Assembly: GCA_964016885.1 (NCBI GenBank)
Contig: OZ024740.1
Coordinates: 432,202,001 to 432,266,000 of the forward strand
Direction of reading: 5' to 3'
DNA: 64,000 bases
Origin: Eledone cirrhosa
Taxonomy: Eukaryota
How positions within the stretch are numbered: the stretch's first letter is position 1; every line of letters starts with the position of its first letter. Below the pieces are notes generated by a model, which worked only from the letters and a program-made list of their open reading frames with translations, did no database searches and was not told where the DNA came from. The position numbers and the translations under genes are program-made. Shown here in pieces: positions 1-13,881 of the stretch.

Positions 1-3000
1 AACTTGGTTCTAACTGTTGCTACAGCTTGGGCAGGTCCACTGAAATAGAACTTGGTTCTAACAGTTGCTACAGCTTGGGCACGGCAACTGAAATAGAACT
101 TGGTTCTAACAGTTGCTAGAGCTTGGGCACGTCCACTGAAATAGAACTTGGTTCTAACAGTTGCTACAGCTTGGGCACGTCCACTGAAATAGAACATGGT
201 TCTAACAGTTGCTACAGCTTGGGCACGGCAACTGAAATAGAACTTGGTTCTAACAGTTGCTACAGCTTGGGCACGTCCACTGAAATAGAACTTGGTTCTA
301 ACAGTTGCTACAGCTTGGGTAGGTCCACTGAAATAGAACTTGGTTCTAACAGTTGCTACAGCTTGGGCACGGCCACTGAAATTGAACTTGGTTCTAACAG
401 TTGCTACAGCTTGGGCACGTCCACTGAAATAGAACTTGGTTCTAACAGTTGCTACAGCTTGGGCACGTCCACTGAAATAGAACATGGTTCTAACAGTTGC
501 TACAGCTTGGGCACGTCCACTGAAATAGAACTTGCTTCTAACAGTTGCTACAGCTTGGGCAGGTCCACTGAAATAGAACTTGGTTCTAACAGTTGCTACA
601 TCTTGGGCACGTCCACTGAAATAGAACTTGGTTCTAACAGTTGCTACAGCTTGGGCACGTCCACTGAAATAGAACTTGGTTCTAACAGTTGCTACAGCTT
701 GGGCAGGTCCATTGAAATAGAACTTGGTTCTAACAGTTGCTACAGCTTGGGCACGTCCACTGAAATAGAACTTGGTTCTAACAGTTGCTACACCTTGGGC
801 AGGTCCACTGAAATAGAACTTGGTTCTAACAGTTGCTACAGCTTGGGCACGTCCACTGAAATAGAACTTGGTTCTAACAGTTGCTACAGCTTGGGCACGT
901 CCACTGAAATAGAACTTGGTTCTAACAGTTGCTACAGCTTGGGCACGTCCACTGAAATAGAACTTGTTTCTAACAGTTGCTACAGCTTGGGCAGGTCCGC
1001 TGATATAGAACTTGGTTCTAACGGTTGCTACAGCTTGGGCAGGTCCACTGAAATAGAACTTGGTTCTAACAGTTGCTACAGCTTGGGCACGGCCACTGAA
1101 ATAGAACTTGGTTCTAACAGTTGCTACAGCTTGGGCACGGCCACTGAAATAGAACTTGGTTCTAACAGTTGCTACAGCTTGGGCACGTCCACTGAAATAG
1201 AACTTGGTTCTAACAGTTGCTACAGCTTGGGCAGGTCCACTGAAATAGAACTTGGTTCTAACAGTTGCTACAGCTTGGGCACGTCCACTGAAATAGAACT
1301 TGGTTCTAACAGTTGCTACAGCTTGGGTAGGTCCACTGAAATAGAACTTGGTTCTAACAGTTGCTACAGCTTGGGCACGGCCACTGAAATAGAACTTGGT
1401 TCTAACAGTTGCTACAGCTTGGGCACGTCCACTGAAATAGAACTTGGTTCTAACAGTTGCTACAGCTTGGGTAGGTCCACTGAAATAGAACTTGGTTCTA
1501 ACAGTTGCTACAGCTTGGGCAGGTGCACTGAAATAGAACTTAGTTCTAACGGTTGCTACAGCTTGGGCAGGTCCACTGAAATAGAACTTGGTTCTAACAG
1601 TTGCTACAGCTTGGGCACGTCCACTGAAATAGAACTTGGTTCTAACAGTTGCTACAGCTTGGGCAGGTCCATTGAAATAGAACTTGGTTCTAACAGTTGC
1701 TACAGCTTGGGCACGTCCACTGAAATAGAACTTGGTTCTAACAGTTGCTACACCTTGGGCACGTCCACTGAAATAGAACTTGGTTCTAACAGTTGCTACA
1801 GCTTGGGCACGTCCACTGAAATAGAACTTGGTTCTAACAGTTGCTACAGCTTGGGCACGTCCACTGAAATAGAACTTGGTTCTAACAGTTGCTACAGCTT
1901 GGGCACGTCCACTGAAATAGAACTTGGTTCTAACAGTTGCTACAGTTTGGGCACGTCCACTGAAATAGAACTTGGTTCTAACAGTTGCTACAGCTTGGGC
2001 AGGTCCACTGAAATAGAACTTGGTTCTAACAGTTGCTACAGCTTGGGCAGGTCCACTGAAATAGAACTTGGTTCTAACAGTTGCTACAGCTTGGGCACGT
2101 CCACTGAAATAGAACTTAGTTCTAACAGTTGCTACAGCTTGGGCAGGTCCATTGAAATAGAACTTGGTTCTAACAGTTGCTACAGCTTGGGCACGTCCAC
2201 TGAAATAGAACTTGGTTCTAACAGTTGCTACAGCTTGGGCACGTCCACTGAAATAGAACTTGGTTCTAACAGTTGCTACAGCTCGGGCAGGTTCACTGAA
2301 ATAGAACTTGGTTCTAACAGTTGCTACAGCTTGGGCACGTCCACTGAAATAGAACTTGGTTCTAACAGTTGCTACAGCTTGGGCACGTCCACTGAAATAG
2401 AACTTGGTTCTAACAGTTGCTACAGCTTGGGCACGTCCACTGAAATAGAACTTGGTTCTAACAGTTGCTACAGCTTGGGCACGTCCACTGAAATAGAACT
2501 TGGTTCTAACAGTTGCTACAGCTTGGGCACGTCCACTGAAATAGAACTTGGTTCTAACAGTTGCTACAGCTTGGGCACGTCCACTGAAATAGAACTTGGT
2601 TCTAACAGTTGCTACAGTTTGGGCACGTCCACTGAAATAGAACTTGGTTCTAACAGTTGCTACAGCTTGGGCAGGTCCACTGAAATAGAACTTGGTTCTA
2701 ACAGTTGCTACAGCTTGGGCAGGTCCACTGAAATAGAACTTGGTTCTAACAGTTGCTACAGCTTGGGCACGTCCACTGAAATAGAACTTGGTTCTAACAG
2801 TTGCTACAGCTTGGGCAGGTCCATTGAAATAGAACTTGGTTCTAACAGTTGCTACAGCTTGGGCACGTCCACTGAAATAGAACTTGGTTCTAACCGTTGC
2901 TACAGCTTGGGCACGTCCACTGAAATAGAACTTGGTTCTAACAGTTGCTACAGCTCGGGCAGGTTCACTGAAATAGAACTTGGTTCTAACAGTTGCTACA

Positions 3001-6000
3001 GCTTGGGCACGTCCACTGAAATAGAACTTGGTTCTAACAGTTGCTACAGCTTGGGCACGTCCACTGAAATAGAACTTGGTTCTAACAGTTGCTACAGCTT
3101 GGGCACGTCCACTGAAATAGAACTTGGTTCTAACAGTTGCTACAGCTTGGGCACGTCCACTGAAATAGAACTTGGTTCTAACAGTTGCTACAGCTTGGGC
3201 ACGTCCACTGAAATAGAACTTGGTTCTAACAGTTGCTACAGCTTGGGCACGTCCACTGAAATAGAACTTGGTTCTAACAGTTGCTACAGCTTGGGCACGT
3301 CCACTGAAATAGAACTTGGTTCTAACAGTTGCTACAGCTTGGGCACGTCCACTGAAATAGAACTTGGTTCTAACAGTTGCTACAGTTTGGGCACGTCCAC
3401 TGAAAAAGAACTTGGTTCTAACAGTTGCTACAGCTCGGGCACGTCCACTGAAATAGAACTTGTTTCTAACAGTTGCTACAGCTTGGGCAGGTCCACTGAA
3501 ATAGAACTTGGTTCTAACAGTTGCTACAGCTTGGGCACGTCCACTGAAATAGAACTTGGTTCTAACAGTTGCTACAGCTTGGGCACGTCCACTGAAATAG
3601 AACTTGGTTCTAACAGTTGCTACAGCTTGGGCACGGCCACTGAAATAGAACTTGGTTCTAACAGTTGCTACAGCTTGGGCACGGCCACTGAAATAGAACT
3701 TGGTTCTAACAGTTGCTACAGCTTGGGCACGTCCACTGAAATAGAACTTGGTTCTAACAGTTGCTACAGCTTGGGCACGTCCACTGAAATAGAACTTGGT
3801 TATAACAGTTGCTACAGCTTGGGCAGGTCCACTGAAATAGAACTTGGTTCTAAGAGTTGCTACAGCTTGGGCACGTCCACTGAAATAGAACTTGGTTCTA
3901 ACAGTTGCTACAGCTTGGGCAGGTCCACTGAAATAGAACTTGGTTTTAACAGTTGCTACAGCTTGGGCAGGTCCACTGAAATAGAACTTGGTTCTAACAG
4001 TTGCTACAGCTCGGGCAGGTCCACAGAAATAGAACTTGGTTCTAACAGTTGCTACAGCTTGGGCACGTCCACTGAAATAGAACTTGGTTCTAACAGTTGC
4101 TACAGCTCGGGCAGGTCCACAGAAATAGAACTTGGTTCTAACACTTGCTACAGCTCGGGCAGGTCCACTGAAATAGAACTTGGTTCTAACAGTTGCTACA
4201 GCTTGGGCACGTCCACTGAAATAGAACTTGGTTCTAACAGTTGCTACAGCTTGGGCACGTCCACTGAAATAGAACTTGGTTCTAACAGTTGCTACAGCTT
4301 GGGCACGTCCACTGAAATAGAACTTGGTTCTAACAGTTGCTACAGCTTGGGCACGTCCACTGAAATAGAACTTGGTTCTAACAGTTGCTACAGCTTGGGC
4401 ACGTCCACTGAAATAGAACTTGGTTCTAACAGTTGCTACAGCTTGGGCACGTCCACTGAAATAGAACTTGGTTCTAACAGTTGCTACAGCTTGGGCACGT
4501 CCACTGAAATAGAACTTGGTTCTAACAGTTGCTACAGCTCGGGCAGGTCCACTGAAATAGAACTTGGTTCTAACAGTTGCTACAGCTTGGGCACGTCCAC
4601 TGAAATAGAACTTGGTTCTAACAGTTGCTACAGCTTGGGCACGTCCACTGAAATAGAACTTGGTTCTAACAGTTGCTACAGCTTGGGCACGTCCACTGAA
4701 ATAGAACTTGGTTCTAACAGTTGCTACAGCTTGGGCAGGTCCACTGAAATAGAACTTGGTTCTAACAGTTGCTACAGCTCGGGCACGTCCACTGAAATAG
4801 AACTTGTTTCTAACAGTTGCTACAGCTTGGGCAGGTCCACTGAAATAGAACTTGGTTCTAACAGTTGCTACAGCTTGGGCACGTCCACTGAAAAAGAACT
4901 TGGTTCTAACAGTTGCTACAGCTTGGGCACGTCCACTGAAATAGAACTTGGTTCTAACAGTTGCTACAGCTTGGGCACGTCCACTGAAATAGAACTTGGT
5001 TCTAACAGTTGCTACAGCTCGGGCAGGTCCACTGAAATAGAACTTGGTTCTAACAGTTGCTACAGCTTGGGCAGGTCCGCTGATATAGAACTTGGTTCTA
5101 ACAGTTGCTACAGCTTGGGCATGGCCTCTGAAATAGAACTTGGTTCTAACAGTTGCTACAGCTTGGGCACGTCCACTGAAATAGAACATGGTTCTAACAG
5201 TTGCTACAGCTTGGGCACGGCAACTGAAATAGAACTTGGTTCTAACAGTTGCTACAGCTTGGGCACGTCCACTGAAATAGAACTTGGTTCTAACAGTTGC
5301 TACAGCTTGGGTAGGTCCACTGAAATAGAACTTGGTTCTAACAGTTGCTACAGCTTGGGCACGGCCACTGAAATTGAACTTGGTTCTAACAGTTGCTACA
5401 GCTTGGGCACGTCCACTGAAATAGAACTTGGTTCTAACAGTTGCTACAGCTTGGGCACGTCCACTGAAATAGAACATGGTTCTAACAGTTGCTACAGCTT
5501 GGGCACGTCCACTGAAATAGAACTTGCTTCTAACAGTTGCTACAGCTTGGGCAGGTCCACTGAAATAGAACTTGGTTCTAACAGGTGCTACATCTTGGGC
5601 ACGTCCACTGAAATAGAACTTGGTTCTAACAGTTGCTACAGCTTGGGCACGTCCACTGAAATAGAACTTGGTTCTAACAGTTGCTACAGCTTGGGCAGGT
5701 CCATTGAAATAGAACTTGGTTCTAACAGTTGCTACAGCTTGGGCACGTCCACTGAAATAGAACTTGGTTCTAACAGTTGCTACACCTTGGGCAGGTCCAC
5801 TGAAATAGAACTTGGTTCTAACAGTTGCTACAGCTTGGGCACGTCCACTGAAATAGAACTTGGTTCTAACAGTTGCTACAGCTTGGGCACGTCCACTGAA
5901 ATAGAACTTGGTTCTAACAGTTGCTACAGCTTGGGCACGTCCACTGAAATAGAACTTGTTTCTAACAGTTGCTACAGCTTGGGCAGGTCCGCTGATATAG

Positions 6001-9000
6001 AACTTGGTTCTAACGGTTGCTACAGCTTGGGCAGGTCCACTGAAATAGAACTTGGTTCTAACAGTTGCTACAGCTTGGGCACGGCCACTGAAATAGAACT
6101 TGGTTCTAACAGTTGCTACAGCTTGGGCACGGCCACTGAAATAGAACTTGGTTCTAACAGTTGCTACAGCTTGGGCACGTCCACTGAAATAGAACTTGGT
6201 TCTAACAGTTGCTACAGCTTGGGCAGGTCCACTGAAATAGAACTTGGTTCTAACAGTTGCTACAGCTTGGGCACGTCCACTGAAATAGAACTTGGTTCTA
6301 ACAGTTGCTACAGCTTGGGTAGGTCCACTGAAATAGAACTTGGTTCTAACAGTTGCTACAGCTTGGGCACGGCCACTGAAATAGAACTTGGTTCTAACAG
6401 TTGCTACAGCTTGGGCACGTCCACTGAAATAGAACTTGGTTCTAACAGTTGCTACAGCTTGGGTAGGTCCACTGAAATAGAACTTGGTTCTAACAGTTGC
6501 TACAGCTTGGGCAGGTGCACTGAAATAGAACTTAGTTCTAACGGTTGCTACAGCTTGGGCAGGTCCACTGAAATAGAACTTGGTTCTAACAGTTGCTACA
6601 GCTTGGGCACGTCCACTGAAATAGAACTTGGTTCTAACAGTTGCTACAGCTTGGGCAGGTCCATTGAAATAGAACTTGGTTCTAACAGTTGCTACAGCTT
6701 GGGCACGTCCACTGAAATAGAACTTGGTTCTAACAGTTGCTACACCTTGGGCACGTCCACTGAAATAGAACTTGGTTCTAACAGTTGCTACAGCTTGGGC
6801 ACGTCCACTGAAATAGAACTTGGTTCTAACAGTTGCTACAGCTTGGGCACGTCCACTGAAATAGAACTTGGTTCTAACAGTTGCTACAGCTTGGGCACGT
6901 CCACTGAAATAGAACTTGGTTCTAACAGTTGCTACAGCTTGGGCACGTCCACTGAAATAGAACTTGGTTCTAACAGTTGCTACAGTTTGGGCACGTCCAC
7001 TGAAATAGAACTTGGTTCTAACAGTTGCTACAGCTTGGGCAGGTCCACTGAAATAGAACTTGGTTCTAACAGTTGCTACAGCTTGGGCACGTCCACTGAA
7101 ATAGAACTTGGTTCTAACAGTTGCTACAGCTTGGGCACGTCCACTGAAATAGAACTTGGTTCTAACAGTTGCTACAGCTTGGGCAGGTCCATTGAAATAG
7201 AACTTGGTTCTAACAGTTGCTACAGCTTGGGCACGTCCACTGAAATAGAACTTGGTTCTAACAGTTGCTACAGCTTGGGCACGTCCACTGAAATAGAACT
7301 TGGTTCTAACAGTTGCTACAGCTCGGGCAGGTTCACTGAAATAGAACTTGGTTCTAACAGTTGCTACAGCTTGGGCACGTCCACTGAAATAGAACTTGGT
7401 TCTAACAGTTGCTACAGCTTGGGCACGTCCACTGAAATAGAACTTGGTTCTAACAGTTGCTACAGCTTGGGCACGTCCACTGAAATAGAGCTTGGTTCTA
7501 ACAGTTGCTACAGCTTGGGCACGTCCACTGAAATAGAACTTGGTTCTAACAGTTGCTACAGCTTGGGCACGTCCACTGAAATAGAACTTGGTTCTAACAG
7601 TTGCTACAGCTTGGGCACGTCCACTGAAATAGAACTTGGTTCTAACAGTTGCTACAGCTTGGGCACGTCCACTGAAATAGAACTTGGTTCTAACAGTTGC
7701 TACAGCTTGGGCACGTCCACTGAAATAGAACTTGGTTCTAACAGTTGCTACAGTTTGAGCACGTCCACTGAAAAAGAACTTGGTTCTAACAGTTGCTACA
7801 GCTCGGGCACGTCCACTGAAATAGAACTTGTTTCTAACAGTTGCTACAGCTTGGGCAGGTCCACTGAAATAGAACTTGGTTCTAACAGTTGCTACAGCTT
7901 GGGCACGTCCACTGAAATAGAACTTGGTTCTAACAGTTGCTACAGCTTGGGCACGTCCACTGAAATAGAACTTGGTTCTAACAGTTGCTACAGCTTGGGC
8001 ACGTCCACTGAAATAGAACTTGGTTCTAACAGTTGCTACAGCTTGGGCACGTCCACTGAAATAGAACTTGGTTCTAACAGTTGCTACAGCTTGGGCACGT
8101 CCACTGAAATAGAACTTGGTTCTAACAGTTGCTACAGCTTGGGCACGTCCACTGAAATAGAACTTGGTTCTAACAGTTGCTACAGCTTGGGCACGTCCAC
8201 TGAAATAGAACTTGGTTCTAACAGTTGCTACAGCTTGGGCACGTCCACTGAAATAGAACTTGGTTCTAACAGTTGCTACAGTTTGGGCACGTCCACTGAA
8301 AAAGAACTTGGTTCTAACAGTTGCTACAGCTCGGGCACGTCCACTGAAATAGAACTTGTTTCTAACAGTTGCTACAGCTTGGGCAGGTCCACTGAAATAG
8401 AACTTGGTTCTAACAGTTGCTACAGCTTGGACACGTCCACTGAAATAGAACTTGGTTCTAACAGTTGCTACAGCTTGGGCACGTCCACTGAAATAGAACT
8501 TGGTTCTAACAGTTGCTACAGCTTGGGCACGGCCACTGAAATAGAACTTGGTTCTAACAGTTGCTACAGCTTGGGCACGTCCACTGAAATAGAACTTGGT
8601 TCTAACAGTTGCTACAGCTTGGGCACGTCCACTGAAATAGAACTTGGTTATAACAGTTGCTACAGCTTGGGCAGGTCCACTGAAATAGAACTTGGTTCTA
8701 AGAGTTGCTACAGCTTGGGCACGTCCACTGAAATAGAACTTGGTTCTAACAGTTGCTACAGCTTGGGCAGGTCCACTGAAATAGAACTTGGTTCTAACAG
8801 TTGCTACAGCTTGGGCAGGTCCACTGAAATAGAACTTGGTTCTAACAGTTGCTACAGCTCGGGCAGGTCCACAGAAATAGAACTTGGTTCTAACAGTTGC
8901 TACAGCTTGGGCACGTCCACTGAAATAGAACTTGGTTCTAACAGTTGCTACAGCTCGGGCAGGTCCACAGAAATAGAACTTGGTTCTAACACTTGCTACA

Positions 9001-11683
9001 GCTCGGGCAGGTCCACTGAAATAGAACTTGGTTCTAACAGTTGCTACAGCTTGGGCACGTCCACTGAAATAGAACTTGGTTCTAACAGTTGCTACAGCTT
9101 GGGCACGTCCACTGAAATAGAACTTGGTTCTAACAGTTGCTACAGCTTGGGCACGTCCACTGAAATAGAACTTGGTTCTAACAGTTGCTACAGCTTGGGC
9201 ACGTCCACTGAAATAGAACTTGGTTCTAACAGTTGCTACAGCTTGGGCACGTCCACTGAAATAGAACTTGGTTCTAACAGTTGCTACAGCTTGGGCACGT
9301 CCACTGAAATAGAACTTGGTTCTAACAGTTGCTACAGCTTGGGCACGTCCACTGAAATAGAACTTGGTTCTAACAGTTGCTACAGCTCGGGCAGGTCCAC
9401 TGAAATAGAACTTGGTTCTAACAGTTGCTACAGCTTGGGCACGTCCACTGAAATAGAACTTGGTTCTAACAGTTGCTACAGCTTGGGCACGTCCACTGAA
9501 ATAGAACTTGGTTCTAACAGTTGCTACAGCTTGGGCACGTCCACTGAAATAGAACTTGGTTCTAACAGTTGCTACAGCTTGGGTAGGTCCACTGAAATAG
9601 AACTTGGTTCTAACAGTTGCTACAGCTCGGGCACGTCCACTGAAATAGAACTTGTTTCTAACAGTTGCTACAGCTTGGGCAGGTCCACTGAAATAGAACT
9701 TGGTTCTAACAGTTGCTACAGCTTGGGCACGTCCACTGAAAAAGAACTTGGTTCTAACAGTTGCTACAGCTTGGGCACGTCCACTGAAATAGAACTTGGT
9801 TCTAACAGTTGCTACAGCTTGGGCACGTCCACTGAAATAGAACTTGGTTCTAACAGTTGCTACAGCTCGGGCAGGTCCACTGAAATAGAACTTGGTTCTA
9901 ACAGTTGCTACAGCTTGGGCAGGTCCGCTGATATAGAACTTGGTTCTAACAGTTGCTACAGCTTGGGCATGGCCACTGAAATAGAACTTGGTTCTAACAG
10001 TTGCTACAGCTTGGGCACGTCCACTGAAATAGAACTTGGTTCTAACAGTTGCTACAGCTTGGGCACGTCCACTGAAATAGAACTTGGTTCTAACAGTTGC
10101 TACAGCTTGGGCACGTCCACTGAAATAGAACTTGGTTCTAACAGTTGCTACAGCTTGGGCACGTCCACTGAAATAGAACTTGGTTCTAACAGTTGCTACA
10201 GCTTGGGCACGTCCACTGAAATAGAACTTGGTTCTAACAGTTGCTACAGCTTGGGCACGTCCACTGAAATAGAACTTGGTTCTAACAGTTGCTACAGCTT
10301 GGGCACGTCCACTGAAATAGAACTTGGTTCTAACAGTTGCTACAGCTTGGGCACGTCCACTGAAATAGAACTTGGTTCTAACAGTTGCTACAGCTTGGGC
10401 ACGTCCACTGAAATAGAACTTGGTTCTAACAGTTGCTACAGCTTGGGCAGGTCCACTGAAATAGAACTTGGTTCTAACAGTTGCTACAGCTTGGGCACGT
10501 CCACTGAAATAGAACTTGGTTCTAACAGTTGCTACAGCTTGGGCAGGTCGACTGAAATAGAACTTGGTTCTAACAGTTGCTACAGCTTGGGCAGGTCTAC
10601 TGAAATAGAACTTGGTTCTAACAGTTGCTACAGCTTGGGCAGGTCCACTGAAATAGAACTTGGTTCTAACAGTTGCTACAGCTTGGGCACGTCCACTGAA
10701 ATAGAACTTGGTTCTAACAGTTGCTACAGCTTGGGCAGGTCCACTGAAATAGAACTTGGTTCTAACAGTTGCTACAGCTTGGGCAGGTCCACTGAAATAG
10801 AACTTGGTTCTAACAGTTGCTACAGCTTGGGCAGGTCCACTGAAATAGAACTTGGTTCTAACAGTTGCTACAGCTTGGGCACGTCCACTGAAATAGAACT
10901 TGGTTCTAACAGTTGCTACAGCTTGGGCAGGTCCACTGAAATAGAACTTGCTTCTAACAGTTGCTACAGCTTGGGCAGGTCCACTGAAATAGAACTTGGT
11001 TCTAACAGTTGCTACAGCTTGGGCACGTCCACTGAAATAGAACTTGGTTCTAACAGTTGCTACAGCTTGGGCACGTCCACTGAAATAGAACTTGGTTCTA
11101 ACAGTTGCTACAGCTTGGGCACATCCACTGAAATAGAACTTGGTTCTAACAGTTGCTACAGCTTGGGCACGTCCACTGAAATAGAACTTGGTTCTAACAG
11201 TTGCTACAGCTTGGGCAGGTCCACTGAAATAGAACTTGGTTCTAACAGTTGCTACAGCTTGGGCAGGTCCACTGAAATAGAACTTGGTTCTAACAGTTGC
11301 TACAGCTCGGGCACGTCCACTGAAATAGAACTTGGTTCTAACAGTTGCTACAGCTTGGGCACGTCCACTGAAATAGAACTTGGTTCTAACATTTGCTACA
11401 GCTTGGGCAGGTCCACTGAAATAGAACTTGGGTCTAACAGTTGCTACAGCTTGGGCAGGTCCATTGAAATAGAACTTGGTTCTAACAGTTGCTACAGCTT
11501 GGGCAGGTCCACTGAAATAGAACTTGGTTCTAACAGTTGCTACAGCTTGGGCAGGTCCGCTGATATAGAACTTGGTTCTAACAGTTGCTACAGCTTGGGC
11601 AGGTCCACTGAAATAGAACTTGGTTCTAACAGTTGCTACAGCTTGGGCAGGTCCGCTGAAATAGAACTTGGTTCTAACAGTTG
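1..11683. repeat. 48-bp satellite, ~243 copies in window (runs off left edge), inside a PIGQ intron
   Basis: Unit CCACTGAAATAGAACTTGGTTCTAACAGTTGCTACAGCTTGGGCA(C/G)GT repeated with point variants and no visible indels; lies 3' of the PIGQ donor at 12337. Confidence 0.98.
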
Positions 11684-11756
11684 TGAAGAATTGTTAGTTC
11701 CCAACAACAATTATTACTCTGAACAAAATCCAACTTCACCCAACTATAGAGTAGCG

Positions 11757-12213
11757 TGGATGGTGGTGGTGGTGGTGTGATGGTGATGGTGGTGGTGGTG
11801 GTGGTGGTGGTGTGATGGTGATGGTGGTGGTGGTGGTGGTGTGATGGTGATGGTGGTGGTGGTGGTGGTGGTGTGATGGTGATGGTGGTGGTGGTGGTGG
11901 TGGTGGTGGTGGTGGTGTGATGGTGATGGTGGTGGTGGTGGTGGTGGTGTGATGGTGGTGGTGGTGGTGGTGGTGATGGTGATGGGGGTGATGGTGGTGG
12001 TGATGGTGATGGTGGTGATGATGATGATGATGATGATGGTGGTGGTGATGGTGGTGGTGGTGGTGGTGGTGGTGATGGTGGTGGTGGTGGTGGTGGTGGT
12101 GATGATGGTGATGATGTTGCTGATGATGATGATGGTGGTGGTGGTGGCGATGATGATGCTGATGCTGATGATGGTGGTGGTGGTGGTGATGGCGATGCTG
12201 ATGATGATGATGA
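11757..12213. repeat. Compound (TGG)n/(TGA)n microsatellite
   Basis: TGG runs interrupted by a recurring GTGTGATGGTGAT motif, grading into (TGA)n; source of the poly-H/T/P/V/M ORFs. Confidence 0.95.
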
Positions 12214-12337
12214 CAACTAGAGCAATCAACATTGTGACAAGGTATTCATGTCACAATGTTGATATCAATTGATTTCCTTCAAATATATTTTACTTCCATC
12301 AAAAATGAAAGAAATGAAAATATAATTCATTACTTAC

Positions 12338-12464
12338 TGGTCCATACATAAATGTTGTACTTGAAGAAAGACCCTAGAAATCCATTAAGTTGTTCATTAA
12401 GCTTCAGACCAGCTGGAGCACCCATCAACCATTGCAGAATGTTCGACAAACTTATCACAGTCAT
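12338..12464 (-). CDS. PIGQ: PIGQ/GPI1 (GPI-GlcNAc transferase subunit) coding exon 5
   Basis: tag|ATG ACT GTG...TGG ACC A|gtaagt; 127 nt; [42 protein letters not shown] carries the Gpi1 hallmark [12 protein letters not shown]. Downstream exons lie beyond the left edge. Confidence 0.93.
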
Positions 12465-12559
12465 CTACAGGTAACCCAGAGAATAAAAGATATTTTAATT
12501 TTTTTTTTTTTAAACTGAAAATTAATTTAGTAATAAAAAAAAAATGTGGTGCAGTGAAA

Positions 12560-12645
12560 AACTGACCTTGCTCACTTACACCTCTCTAATACAATGTCAC
12601 TGGATCGAGATCTTTGGCGCTATGCAGTTATACAGAAGACTCGCC
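12560..12645 (+). mobile_element. Short degraded fragment resembling an RTE-LINE 3' end
   Basis: GATCGAGATCTTTGGCGCTATGCAGTTATACAGAAGACTCG reads DRDLWRYAVIQKTR, like RTE ORF C-termini (from recall). Confidence 0.35.
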
Positions 12646-12742
12646 TTACCTTACATACAAATTTAAACCTAGTCAGTAGGCACCTCTTAACCCAATAAAC
12701 ACACACCCACTACCCCTACTCCTTCCTCCCACTTCCACCCAG

Positions 12743-13881
12743 TGTAAAGTGGTCATGTAGGTGACACGACAAAAAGCTCCCAGTCCACACTGTAAAGTGG
12801 TCATGTAGGTGACACGACAAAAAGCTCCCAGTCCACACTGTAAGGTGGTCATGTAGGTGACACGACAAAAAGCTCCTAGTCCACACTGTCAGGTGGTCAT
12901 GTAGGTGACACGACAAAAAGCTCCCAGTCCACACTGTAAGGTGGTCATGTAGGTGACACGACAAAAAGCTCCCAGTCCACACTGTAAAGTGGTCATGTAG
13001 GTGACACGACAAAAAGCTCCCAGTCCACACTGTAAGGTGGTCATGTAGGTGACACGACAAAAAGCTCCTAGTCCACACTGTCAGGTGGTCATGTAGGTGA
13101 CACGACAAAAAGCTCCCAGTCCACACTGTAAAGTGGTCATGTAGGTGACACGACAAAAAGCTCCCAGTCCACACTGTAAGGTGGTCATGTAGGTGACACG
13201 ACAAAAAGCTCCCAGTCCACACTGTAAGGTGGTCATGTAGGTGACACGACAAAAAGCTCCCAGTCCACACTGTAAGGTGGTCATGTAGGTGACACGACAA
13301 AAAGCTCCCAGTCCACACTGTAAAGTGGTCATGTAGGTGACACGACAAAAAGCTCCCAGTCCACACTGTAAGGTGGTCATGTAGGTGACACGACAAAAAG
13401 CTCCTAGTCCACACTGTCAGGTGGTCATGTAGGTGACACGACAAAAAGCTCCCAGTCCACACTGTAAGGTGGTCATGTAGGTGACACAACAAAAAGCTCC
13501 CAGTCCACACTGTAAGGTGGTCATGTAGGTGACACAACAAAAAGCTCCCAGTCCACACTGTAAGGTGGTCATGTAGGTGACACGACAAAAAGCTCCCAGT
13601 CCACACTGTAAAGTGGTCATGTAGGTGACACGACAAAAAGCTCCCAGTCCACACTGTAAGGTGGTCATGTAGGTGACACGACAAAAAGCTCCTAGTCCAC
13701 ACTGTCAGGTGGTCATGTAGGTGACACAACAAAAAGCTCCCAGTCCACACTGTAAGGTGGTCATGTAGGTGACACAACAAAAAGCTCCCAGTCCACACTG
13801 TAAGGTGGTCATGTAGGTGACACAACAAAAAGCTCCCAGTCCACACTGTAAGGTGGTCATGTAGATGACACGACTAAAAGC
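12743..13881. repeat. 48-bp minisatellite (~24 copies) expanded inside a SINE-like element
   Basis: Unit AGTCCACACTGTAAGGTGGTCATGTAGGTGACACGACAAAAAGCTCCC; runs directly into the dispersed-repeat tail at 13882-14055. Confidence 0.95.

Noticed and set aside
123-11780. 3885-aa ORF as an annotated protein-coding gene
   Set aside because: It is the translation of a 48-bp satellite: TTG start, in-frame stop just upstream within the same array, mainly nonsynonymous variants, antisense within a PIGQ intron. Kept only as a finding.
11674-12272. Poly-His/Thr/Pro/Val/Met ORFs
   Set aside because: Frames of a trinucleotide microsatellite.
12716-13846. 376-aa His/Cys-rich repeat ORF (CHLHDH), superficially metal-binding
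   Set aside because: Translation of the 48-bp retroposon-derived minisatellite; no ATG start or convincing splice context, and the flanking PIGQ exons join in phase without it.
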